Origin: Hemiscyllium ocellatum
Lineage: Eukaryota
Assembly (NCBI RefSeq): GCF_020745735.1
Contig: NW_026867509.1
Location: 496,001 to 560,000, forward strand
Direction: 5' to 3'
Length of the DNA: 64,000 bases
The notes under the pieces were generated by a model. The model had not been told where the DNA came from. It did no database searches and saw nothing but the letters and a program-made list of their open reading frames with translations. Shown piece after piece: positions 49,353-61,269 of the stretch; position 1 is the first letter of the stretch, and every line of letters begins with the position of its first letter. The position numbers were made by a program, and so were the translations under genes.

Positions 49353-50184
49353 GGCTTTCTACCTTGTCCGCTGCAGCCCTGCAATAATGTGGGCTCCACA
49401 GCACAGTAATGCACAGCGTTGTCAGAAATTAGAATAGTTAAGTCGGTGATCTTCTCAGCTATTTCAAGCGTAGAATAAAATCCAGCAGTGATGATGTTAT
49501 CCCTGCGCACATCACTCCCAATAAGCCAAAGCATGTGCTGTGGCCGCTGCCCAGGACGTTTACTGTACCAGTTCACAAACATTGGGTGGCATGGTGGCAC
49601 AGTGGTTAGCACTGCTGCCTCACAGCGCCAGGGACCTGGGTTCAATTCATGCCTCAGGCGACTGACTGTGTGGAGTTTGCACGTTCTCCCTGTGTCTGCG
49701 TAGGTTTCCTCCGGGTCTTCCGGTTTCCTCCCACAGACCGAAGATGTGCGGGTCAGGTGAATTGGCCATGCTAAATTGCCCGTAGTATTAGGTAAGAGGG
49801 GTATGGGTGGGTTGCGCTTCGGCGGGTCGGTGTGGACTTGTTGGGCCAAAGGGCCTGTTTCGACACTGTAAGTAATCTAATCTAATCTAAAAAAAAAGTG
49901 AGAGATGCTGGTCTTCACGATGAAGATTAGTTTCGTATTCTTTGCATATTCAAACGTCTTTTCAGCAAAGGGCTGTCCCACTGTATCCTGCTGTCTCTAT
50001 TCTAACATATAAAATGTAATAAATTAAAATTGGTGTGAGCCTGATATTGATCAACATACTCGTCATAACGACATCAACCAACAACTAACATTTATATTGT
50101 AGCCATCATTCCTTTTCTTAGAAGAAAATACGTACTCAGAAAGTTTAAAATGATGAGAAACTGTGTGAGACATTTCTCCAAGAT
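49353..50184 (-). pseudogene. TCR alpha-type V pseudogene split by an HE1 SINE
   Basis: Leader-like (ATC)LEKCLTQFLIILNFL followed by GTACGT (50184-50136); DTVGQPFAEKTFEYAKNTKLIFIVKTSISH, SINE, MFVNWYSKRPGQRPQHML...DNAVHYCAVEP. RSS cacatta-23-tagaaagcc at 49391-49353. Confidence 0.8.
49584..49897 (+). mobile_element. HE1-type SINE, young
   Basis: tRNA-like head, TAATC repeats and A tail. Confidence 0.93.
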
Positions 50185-50739
50185 TTCTCACTCTGGTTTT
50201 CTGCAATGCAGGAAATTCTCTCTCAGAGCAGTAAGACAGATCCTTAATTGACGGTGTGGCTGACCCAACTAATAATAAGATTGCCCGAGTAGCGGAATTC
50301 TCACCAAGAACATAATTTATTCAGAGATAATGAGAGGAAGACAGACATAGAGCAGGAAATGTAAACTATGGGCGGCGATACCGCAAACTGAACTTGACGA
50401 CGTGTGTGGTGACTCTCAGGTGCATGAGGAGCTGATGGAGTGCAAACAGTGACGGCTGGGTCTCTAGTCTGTGACCTGCTCTCTCAACCTGCAAAATATT
50501 ATTTATCATGATTCAATAATCTATATTCTATAGCTAAATGGTGTTTCCAAATATATAATAATATGCTGTTTTGATTTTCTTTCGAAAATGAACAATGTCA
50601 CATTTTCCTTCGTTACTTTCTGAATGCCAACAGTTTTCACACTTACATACACTAACAACATCTCTCTGAAACTGTTTGTGCACTTTTCACAATTTCTTTT
50701 TCACCTGTTTTGGTACTGTCTGCAAATTTGATTGGAGTA

Positions 50740-51170
50740 CATTCTCTTCCTTCCTTAAGTACAATGTATATTATAAACATCTGTGGGCCCAGCACTGATG
50801 CCTATGTAACCCCGTCTATCACAGGTCATCAGAACGAAACATAACTTTTCCCCATTTACTGTTTCCTGCCCTTTAGCCAATTCTTTGTTTATGCCAATAG
50901 ACTACCTCCAACACCGCTGGGGTTCTTACTGCCTGAGTTAATCTTTTGTGAGGTTTCTTGACGAACATATTTTGGAAGTCAAAATGAACACAACTACGCG
51001 TTCCCCTCTGCCCAGTCTATTTCAGAAATCCCTTAAAAACTCTCAGAAATTAGTGAGACATGATTTCCCTTTCATGAAATCAAGTAACCTGTGTTGATTA
51101 GAAAACAATATTCCAAATGTGTGACTTACTTCTTTGAGAATTAATTCTAATAACTTTCCAACAATAGGTA
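50740..51170 (-). mobile_element. Decayed CR1 RT fragment
   Basis: RT-region remnants (YFDFQ..FVKK.H); boundaries approximate. Confidence 0.5.
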
Positions 51171-53189
51171 TCTATCAAATTGACGACAAATTCCGGGTTT
51201 TTTTTGACGGCTTGCTTTTTTGAGTGTGCTGTTGGACATTATTCAATTCTCTGATACTTTATCAGAGTTCAAGCATTTTTGGAACATAATTGCAATTTAT
51301 CCTTGTTTGTCGTTTGTAAATGATTACCTCCAATCGCGTTTTCAGATTACTGGTTGGATCAATTACATTGCATGCGAAGGAATTTTAATGGAAGCCTTTT
51401 GAAACTCAGGTATTGGCACTTCTGGAAGTTGATGCCAGGAATTCCTGTTTCGTAGCTAACCGACAACTAAGCCGCAATGCCGACTTTGGGTTGTTTCTGC
51501 CAATATCCTTGGATACTCTTTCATAGGAGATTTTTTTTTCTGTTTCAATGTTGTTGAGTGAGAATGTCAAATGGCCAGGAGATCTGAAAAAAAATGCGCA
51601 CAACTTACTCTGAATAGTCACCAGTGAAAACGCACAGCAAATTACAATCTTGCACATGGCCCTTTCCCGATCACTGATTTGGAACTGCAAGTTTAAAAAG
51701 ACTGAATCATTCAATATGGAAGTCACTCACTGGAATAGGATTTATTGTCAAACACTCATTACCCCAGAAATCGAAATAATGAGCCACTTTTTAAACTATG
51801 ATACTCCTTGGCACTCGGTACAATCGTGAAGGCAATGTGGATCGATTTCCAGAAGTCCAGAACTCAGGCCTAGCGACTGAATGAACACCAATATATTTTC
51901 AACTCACAAAACTGTATGACTTGGAGGATGTCTTGTTTGTGACAGTTTTCCCACATATCTGTTACCATTCATTTTTTTTCTGGATGGAAGCAAACTCTAA
52001 TTGGACTGAATCAGCAGGTTCGGGGTCTATGTGCTATTTGCATTCAGAAATTCATTTGCATTTGAAAATTCCCATAAGAGAAAAAAAGTGAAAGACAAAA
52101 GATATCCAGACCCAAATCTATGCTGACACAACAATTTCAATGAGGTTTCACATTTTGTTTCCTTCAGCTAGACGCTGTCCTACCTGAAATGTTCTGGAAT
52201 TGCTGTTTAAATTTCAATCCGTGTTTGTCTCTCTATACCTATTGTGACTTTTCTTGCCTCTCGCACGGATTCACTCAGTGTCTGTTCAGTTCCTTCTCTT
52301 TAATTCTCATTTTCCATGTTTCCATGTTGCAACACATCTTTCTCTGACGGAATTCTCACCTCAGTCGCTCCATGTCATTATCGTTAACATTCCTGTCTTG
52401 GCCCAAATATTGAGTGTTTTTTTTTCCAATTATTTATTTCCCCGAATCTTCATCAGGTTTTTGCCTGCTGACTGGTCGGCAGCATTTTCCTTGAATCTCA
52501 ATCCGTTTCATTGCTGGATTTCCTCACAGTTGGAAACAAGCATGTCCATTTTCTGTGAAGAACGTTCTCGCATTTAAAACAGATTTCTTTTATTTTGCAG
52601 TGCCCTTAGTGGAGAGTCTGCACTCTCCCAATCCCAGCAGAAGGTTCCAAAGGAGGCAGCGTCATTTGAAGTCCAGTGAATTGTTTGTTGTTAAATCCAT
52701 TGAACTGCAGATAAGGAAAATCATTAAAAAAAAAACAGAAATTGCTGGAAATATCAGCAGGTCCAGCAACATTTGTGTTGAAAAAAAAATTACGTCTACC
52801 AGGTGAGTGACCCTTCCTCGGAAATGCCTGTTGTGTTTTGTTATACAAATTCTGATGAATGATTAAGTTTTTATGAATATCAACGTGATTTTCTTTTAAC
52901 AGAACAGCTCCCACAGTTCATCATTTCACATCTACAGTTCCTACTTCTCCATTCCTATTGGATCTTTCAAATAGCCTCAGCTTTATTCATATGAAATGAG
53001 GAACTCAACTTACTGACAACGTCGGTTGGTTTAAGTCATAATAATTGAGCTGGGCTTCGATAGGTCTCTTTTCATTAGCTATCGGGAGCCAAAATGTTTG
53101 TTCTCACACGTTAGTTTTGAAAAGTTCAGCTCTGATAACAGCACGATCTGAGCTGTTCCTATTCGCTTGGCCCAGCTCATAGACTAAAG

Positions 53190-55655
53190 TATTTGAAAGG
53201 ACCACATTTGGTCCCACAGACAACTCGCAGACACGTAAAGAACAATACTGGCCATTCGGAAGATTCGAATCCTTCCACAATGTGTCAGATACAGACCAAC
53301 AGTCAACAATCCACAAGCCAGGGACACAGACAGACAGAACGGACACAGGATGATCCAGGTAATAATTACAGACGCTCACAACAGACTCCACAAATACAGA
53401 AAAGAAATTGCGCGCCAAAAATCGTTAATTTTAAAAACTACCAATGAAGAATGGACCCGGATCATAGAACAGGCGATCACCATAGTACAGAACAGGATCA
53501 CACACCGCAAAAAAAAGCACTAAAAGAAAAACAATGGCCAAACTAACACAAAACGAAAAGGACACCTCAACACAAACCTGGGTTAAAAACCTTTCCCACA
53601 GACAGCTCACAGACACGGAAAGAACAATACTAGCCAAGGGACTTAATACAACCACAGGGACGCCAAGACAGCAGACTTCCTAGCAGCACTAGAATGCATA
53701 CTGAGGAACAATGAATTGACAGAAGAGACACAACAAACAGTGAGACAAAGTATTGTACCTATGATAACAAGGAAAAAACAAACACACAACTTCAACACTA
53801 AGGAGAAAGAAGCACTAAAATCACTAAGAAACGATAAGACCATAATCATACTACCAGCAGACAAAGGCAGAATGACTGTTATACTGGATAAGTCAGATTA
53901 TATCCACAAGGCAGAACAACTACTTGCAGACACCAACACCTACCAAAAGAGGGAGTTTGAGCCCACTCCACAGCTCACCAATAGGATAAACAACACACTG
54001 AGGAACCTACAAAAAAACGGTCAGATAACCAGGTCTGACCTACAAAGAATGAAACCGGAAAGCAACAACACCCCCAGATTCTATGGACTACCTAAAGTAC
54101 ACAAACCAGACATCCCCACTCAGACCCATAGTATCACTTCCAGGAACACCATCACACAAACTGACTAAAGAGCTACAACAGAAACTGAAACACCTGATTA
54201 GCGGATCCAGACACTCTATACAGTCAACACAAGAATTTTTGGACATCATTAGAAATATGCACATAGACAAGGAAGAAACCATGGTCCCATTTGATGTAAT
54301 GGCACTGTTCACTTCTATTGACAAAACCCTAGCCAGAGAAACAATATCCAACCTGCTGGACATACAAAGCAGACAACAGGACGCTGAACCTATTAACAAA
54401 GACGGCATACTTAAACTACTGGACCTGTGCCTCACAACACACTTCACATTCAACAGCCAGATATATGAACAAATCAACGGAATACCCATAGGCTCACCGA
54501 TCTCCGGACTCCTAGCAGAAGCAGTAATGCAAAGGCTAGAAAAAACAGTTTTAACACAATTACAACCCAAACTATAGGTCAGATACGTGGACGACACCTT
54601 GGTAATCATTAAAAACACAGAAATAGAGAACACACACCGGATCGTCAACGCCACACTCACAGGAATCCGATTCACGAGAGAAGAAGAAAAGGACAACCAG
54701 CTCCCATTCCTGGACGTGATGGTACAAAGAACACCAAACGGAGAATTCACCACGAAGGTATACAGAAAAGCCACACACACAGACCAAGTCCTGAACTATG
54801 AAAGCAACCACCCCAACACACACAAACGAAGTTGCATCAGGACATTATTCAAAAGGGCCACAACACACTGCAGCACACCTGAACTACAAAAAGAGGAAGA
54901 AGAACACCTATAAGGTATTCAATGAAAACGGATACATGCGCAATTTCATCAACAGATGCTGCAGGGAAAGACAACGAAATGAGCACATGCCACAACCCAA
55001 AGGTCTGGCCACACTCCCATAGACCAGGAACATTTCTGAACTGACGGCCAGACTGCTGCGACCACTAGGACTCATAACAGCACACAAACCAACAGCCACC
55101 CTCAGACAACAATTCACCAGGACAAAGGACCCGATACCCAGCATGAAGAAAACCAATGTAGTGTACAAAATCCCATGCAAGGACTGCACAAAACACTACT
55201 TAGGACAAACAGGGAGACAGGTAACAACCCGAATCCACGAACATGAACTAGCCACGAAACGACACGACCAGCTATCCCTAGTAGCCATACACTCAGATGA
55301 CAAACAACATGAATTCTTTTGGGACACCGCCACTATTATAGGGCAGGCCAAACAGAGAACAGCCAGGGAATTCCTAGAAGCATGGCACTCATCCACGAAT
55401 TCTATCAACAGACACATCGACCTAGACCCTATATACCGGCCACTGCAACGGACAGCAACTGACGACCGGAAGCGGCAGATTCAAATCAGTATAAATGCTG
55501 GAGGAATCAGCACAAAAGCGCTTCACAGGAGGCTCCCAAGCACTGCAGACGTCACCTAGAAAGGGGATGAAACGTTTTGCAAGAAAATCTCCCAGATCGG
55601 CGAACATAACCACAACAATGAGCACCCGAGCTACAAATCTTCTCAGAAACTTTGA
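53190..55655 (+). mobile_element. Decayed Poseidon-type PLE, same family as the palindrome
   Basis: Fragmented ORFs 53716-54168, 54083-54577, 54587-54913 and 55143-55559 align to the 669-aa protein; decayed hammerhead near 55540-55580. Confidence 0.92.
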
Positions 55656-55875
55656 ACATTTGGTTTATTTTTTGTCATGATTCTTGTTTCAGTCACCACT
55701 GTCCATATGATGTCAGGAACTCGAGAACAAACAAGCAGTGAGATGTTTGATGACAGCTGCTGCTGTTGTCAAGAACGACCAATTCTGGATACTTCGTAAC
55801 ATGAACACAATTATTGATGTTCACAGTTTCAACATGATATTGCATTGTTCAAATCCACATCAATTGTCTACAAAC

Positions 55876-56607
55876 ATGACAATTGCTTTACATTCATTCT
55901 TCACAACTGCAGCTGTCATAACTGGTAGCACATTTCAAGATTTATACACTCTTCCACATTCAGGAATAATTGGAATCTTTTGTCTATTTCTAAAATGTTC
56001 ATTCCTATGTTAGTAGGGACCATAGCATGACGATAACATGTCAGAGTTGTGTATTTCTAAATTTCTTCAGGAGTTGGTGGTGCAGATTCAGTCTTCCAGG
56101 AGCTTGTTACATAGATGAAATTTAAACAAGATAACGTAATCATGGCGTACATTTACTCGACCACTTCTACTGCATATTCCTTACAAAGAAGTCGCCAACA
56201 TTGAGACAACGCTCTGATGTTCTTTATCGACATCAGTAAATTATGGAAATATTCCCACAGTTGAAAGTATGCGTCCTCAATCTTCTGCTAACATTGACTG
56301 TGTGAAAGGTGAGGGAAATTTCACCTCGTAGTGAGGTTCACTATCTCGTTCATTGGTATCCTTTAGGGGACACACAATCATCCTTATCTGCTCTGCTCTG
56401 CATGTGATTCTAGACCCTCAGTAATGTGGATGACATTGAAATGCCCTCCGTGCAATTAGGAGTGAACAATAAATTCTGCCTCTTCAGTCATGCCCTCATC
56501 TCGTGAATGTTGAATTAAAAAAAGCTACAGCACTCTGACAGCGTTGAGTATTACTGCAGACTCAGAGATACAGTGACAGGAACCAGAGGGAGCTTTGTAC
56601 AAAAGAC
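55876..56607 (+). pseudogene. TCR alpha-type V pseudogene with ~200-bp insertion
   Basis: Leader MTIALHSFFTTAAVIT followed by GTAGCA (55876-55924). Exon from 56071: VGGADSVFQE... with stops, ...KGEGNFT, insertion, LQHSDSVEYYCRLRD. RSS tacagtg-23-acaaaagac at 56569-56607. Confidence 0.85.
56326..56523 (+). mobile_element. Shark retroelement 3' tail inserted in V exon
   Basis: Ends in an A run; similar to 44720-44870. Confidence 0.55.
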
Positions 56608-57649
56608 ACTGCCACTTTGGCATAAAGTAAGGGACTGAAAGGCTGTGGAAGGACATACATTGATTACCAGCACTTAACAAATACCTTGCAACCGGCCAAT
56701 CTTTGTATATGACTCCCTCAATCAGTTCTGAGTACAGATGGCAATTTACAATGTAAATTAACTCCACAGTAAGGATTTGGCAAGCGAAATGTAATACAAT
56801 TATTAAGCCTCCCTTCTGACGCATGCATGCTGGTGTCTCCTGGTCATTGATAACTCTTTTCCCTCTCTGTTAGAGTGGTGCTGACACACAGTGATAAGAG
56901 AAAATCGTTTTTAAAAAGTGTTCAATCTTAGACATATAAATTTGTGATAGTATACTCGCATTAGACAAGTACTTGAGCTGTATTAAAGCTAATTTGGGTT
57001 ATGGTATGCGTTTTTGGCCTTTCCCTTACATCCAGAATGACAGACACAAAACACAACGCATGAGCAATGGATGAAAATGATGCTAGAATTGAATTATTTT
57101 AATTAAGAGAAATTAATGTGAGGGCTTGGGGTCCTTTCTCTGCCTTTGAGAAGACTCAAGGCTAACCGCCCTGATGGCTTGTCAATGGATGATATAGTTC
57201 TTAGGTTCCAGACATGGAGAGCAATATTCCACTTGAGGAGGATTCCTGTTCTATAAGAATGAATAGACGCATTTAAGTGACACAACGTTCTCCAACGAGG
57301 ATTTGAGGAGAAATTTCTTTATTTGATGAACAAGTAGAAAGTGGTTGTCATCACCAGAAGGAGCATTTGTAATGAACAATAACGTTACGTTTAAAGGTCG
57401 CCCCAGTTAAACGTGTGAAGGACAGAGGGGTAGAAAGATTTCCAGTCGAATGAGAGGATGAAGCATGCAGAATGCTTTCTTTATTGTACACATGAACTTC
57501 CACCTGATGGGCCGAATGATCTTGTTATTCCTGTCTAAATCCCATCTATTAATTTGAAAGCACTGTGAGTTGCTACCTTCAGTTCAGATCGCTCCACCAT
57601 TTAGTTGCTAATTTCCAATTTTTTGATACTCAATTTCTATATTTGAGCG

Positions 57650-57940
57650 ATGGAATTTCTGTTTCTCGGCGGTATCCCACGCTCAAACAAACAGTCTCTG
57701 ACGACGTTACTTGAAACTTCACCTGTGCGACAATGCTTAGTTTTTCACCTGTTGTCGTCAGTAACTGGGCAAACAGCCTGAGTTCACATTTTGAAAGTGC
57801 ACAAGCTTTGCAACTGAACCGAGGTTTCATTGAGGCCCGGTTTATTGATTCACTCCTGCAGTCAGAGAAGTACTACCAATTGCTTGTATTGGAGCTGCTG
57901 CTGTCTGATACTGCGATCTATTACCGTGCATGGGAACGAA
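57650..57940 (+). pseudogene. TCR delta-type V pseudogene
   Basis: DGISVSRRYPTLKQTVSDDVT*NFTC...GFIEARFIDSLLQSEKYYQLLVLELLLSDTAIYYRAWE; second Cys TGT changed to CGT; RSS not recognisable. Confidence 0.6.
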
Positions 57941-58096
57941 TGCTTCATACAATTGTTTTCTGGTTGGCATCTGCTGTATTTTCACAGCTTCGAACAGCGG
58001 GTCACACACAGACACTTCAGTACTTGCCTGTGAGAGAATTGCTGCGTGATTACGTCATGATCACTCACAACAAACACACATTAACTGTCTACATAT

Positions 58097-58612
58097 ATGG
58101 TAGTATTTTATATTCATTATTTGCAACTGCAGCGCTCATAACTGGTAAAACATCCTAAAGCTACACACTCTTCGCGTACAGACATTACTCACGTCGTTTC
58201 AAATGCACTTTCTCTACGTTTAAAAAGTGTGCAGTCACAGATGGTAACACGTACCATAGCAATGATAACATATTGAAGTCTTATGTTTCTAAATTTCTGC
58301 AGGTGTTGATGGTGCAGACTCAATCTCGCAGGAGGTAGTCTCAGCAATGAAATTTGAAGGCAATGCATTGAATTTTATTTAAGCGTATTTGGCCACTGCA
58401 ACTAATGAGCATTCTTTGGATTTATATCGTCAGGATCGATACAGAGCACTGTCATTCTCGATCCACATCACTACCTATGGCGATGTTATCAAAGCTGAAG
58501 GTGTAGAGCTTCGATTTTTGACTAATATTGACAGTGGGAAAAGTGTGGGACGTTTCACCGTCCGTGATATGCGGTTGTCTGACAGCACAATGCAATACTG
58601 CGCACTGAGAGA
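58097..58612 (+). pseudogene. TCR alpha-type V pseudogene
   Basis: Leader 58097-58144 has a 1-nt deletion, then GTAAAA. Exon 58303-58612: VDGADSISQE...FI*AY...LYRQ...FTVRDMRLSDSTMQYCALRD. RSS is decayed. Same family as 1622-2143 and 55876-56607. Confidence 0.85.
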
Positions 58613-58911
58613 TGCCAAGAATGGAACTCGTCGTAGCCTCGTAAAATATTGTGACATTAACAATAATATCATCGTCCAAAATACCGTTTCTCACAATACT
58701 CAACAGGCATTTTCCTGAATTTCAATTGATGCTTCCTCCTGGGGAAGCACCTCCTGCGATTGGAATAGAACAGACGCCCAACTAATGGTTGCTACAAAGT
58801 CGAAGAAATCTGTTTTTGAAGCGAATTCGTTTCTATAGAAAATACTCATCTGAAATCTAAACCATAAAAGTTGTAATTTATTTCATTGCATTTTGCTGGT
58901 CTATTATTATG

Positions 58912-59066
58912 GAAGAGCAGAAACATTGCTGAAGAGAGGAAAGCAGAGATTAATCATTTCGAGTCCAGTGTTCTACAATGACGAAAGGTCTGTAAACCCG
59001 AAACGTTATGATCTTTCAACAATGATGCCAGACCTGCTGAGGTTTTCCAGTAATTTGTGATTTTGA
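58912..59066. mobile_element. Short PLE-derived fold-back remnant with hammerhead halves
   Basis: Minus-strand ...catttcgagtccagtg faces plus-strand tgacgaaagg...cccgaaacgtt, with inverted outer arms. Confidence 0.45.
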
Positions 59067-61269
59067 TCCAGATCTCCAGCATCAGCAGTTCCTTGTTTTA
59101 TATCATTGGAGAATTGGTTGAATTGTGATTGAATTCAATGTACAATCAAAAGTGAAATTTTCATCATAAGGAACATTTATGCCTTTATCGAAAGTAATTG
59201 ACCAACACAAGTTGTTTACACGTTCTCAATGACGCCAGGCTTGGAGATAGATTTCTCAGTTATCTTCTTCAAAAAAGTAAAAGCTCTGCAGTACCTGTTT
59301 ATTACTGGTGAAGCACATTCTAGGCATTGAACTTTACTTCGGTTGAACCAGCAGTCAAGTTCAGTTCCAGGTAGCGGGGATGAATATCTCCTTTCACAAC
59401 GATTGGGTACGTCGAATTGAAACACGTTGAACATTGTAAAGTCACTCTATTCAAAGGTATTGTATTGCGGGGCAAGTACATACACAGTGTCTGTTCAGCC
59501 CTTGCAATCAGTTCTTGCTATTTTCCATTATTTAGGCAGTGCCTCTGAAGTAAGTACTTGATTTTAGCACCCATGCCTTTATTGTGCCTGTTGTAAGTGA
59601 TTGCCATTAGCCATGACCTTTTTTACACTGGTTGCATACTATTGACCAAAGTTTTCTTCCATAACACTAACAATCAACAAATTATTGACTGCAGTAGTAA
59701 AGGAACCCTATAATATAAGAAAGATCAGACCAGTATCTTGATGACCAACGGGCAAGTACTTGTTTAATTGCGTAAGAAGGATCCGGCAAGAAATTATTGA
59801 GACTCAGTAAGAAAAAAACTAAATGGTGGCAGGAGACAAAAGGCTGACCACAGCACAGCGAATTAAACAGTAGGAAAGAAAACATTAGAAATTTCGGTAA
59901 ATATAAGCATAATAGCCATCGTGACACTGAAGGACGCAGATGATCAGCAAGTGACAAAGAGACATTGTCAACGGTCAGAACTATATGGAAAAAGAACTAA
60001 ACAGTATCAAGTAAATAAACTTTGTGAATTTGGGTTGGGGGAGGGGGGAGACATGGAAAGGCACAAGGCGCAGAATTAGAGACTATTGATTTAAGTATAA
60101 AATGGAATTCCAGGAAATGTGAAAATGTAATTCAATATTATGGAAAATGAATGCTGATAGGAGTAAATGCAGCTATCCACTTGAAAATAAAATTTAGTGG
60201 TAACGAAAGTGGCCCTTGTTTTGCATCAGAAAACTGTGAATGTCAGCTTTTTGACAAAGAGATAAAAATGTATTTGTTTCCAACACACACAGAAGATTTG
60301 ACAAATCCAGTGATCATTTCTATTTGAAATTTGCCACAAGGCTGAGTGGGATGTTACTTTTTGTGAATTATAACTACTCACATGACATGACTTCCCTGTT
60401 GAAAATTGGATGGTTAGTGCCAGGAAGCTGGTGATCATGAACCTGCAAAAGAGTTTGGAGACTTGGGGATGGTGTTAAGAACAGAATTGCTCAGAAAATT
60501 TCAGATTCCATGTCAACAGCTACTTCAGTTAACAGGGTGTTTCTAGTTTTGACAACTACTGCTGTTTTTGACTGATTTCTCAGAAAGACAAGAACTAGTA
60601 GAGAGTACCACCATAAGAATATTGACTTGGGATCATGTAGCTATCGCTATGATTTAGCTGTGCAATATACTTTGGTACAAGTCATAGAGACAGAATGCTC
60701 TAGATGTAGTTTCAGAAAGATGTGGTGCTCCTACACTGGAAAAGCGACAAGAGCACATCGAAGTCGGGATAATGGGCTAATACAACGCAGTGACAACTCC
60801 AGTTTTATCAGAGATGAGTGGCAATGAACTGTCAAATACTGCATTGCCAAATAGTGAAGTCTTCACATGAAACTTTGGAGGGAGCTACAAAAGATTCGTA
60901 GTGATTTATTTTCCTTATTAGGTTCTGCACTAATGTGTCTCCATTTTATGATATAACATTGAAAGTTTTACAATGCTTTTGTTACTTATTCATGGTTTTC
61001 TATGTTTGCTCATCACTTTGTAAATGTTTGATTTTTGTTTTCTTCTATTAGAACATGTTACATTTTGGGTGATAGATAGATGCTATTTTAAATAATTTTT
61101 TTAGAAGAAGCAATAATAATTTTCCATAAATAAAGTGCAATTCTCTGAAGTGAAATGTTTCATCCGATTTAATCTGAAAGATGACATTGTTGGAAATCTA
61201 AACTCTAGCTTTCAAGTTCTCACACTTTCGCACGCAGATTTTCTCCATCTTTCTCTTTTCCCATCTCTT

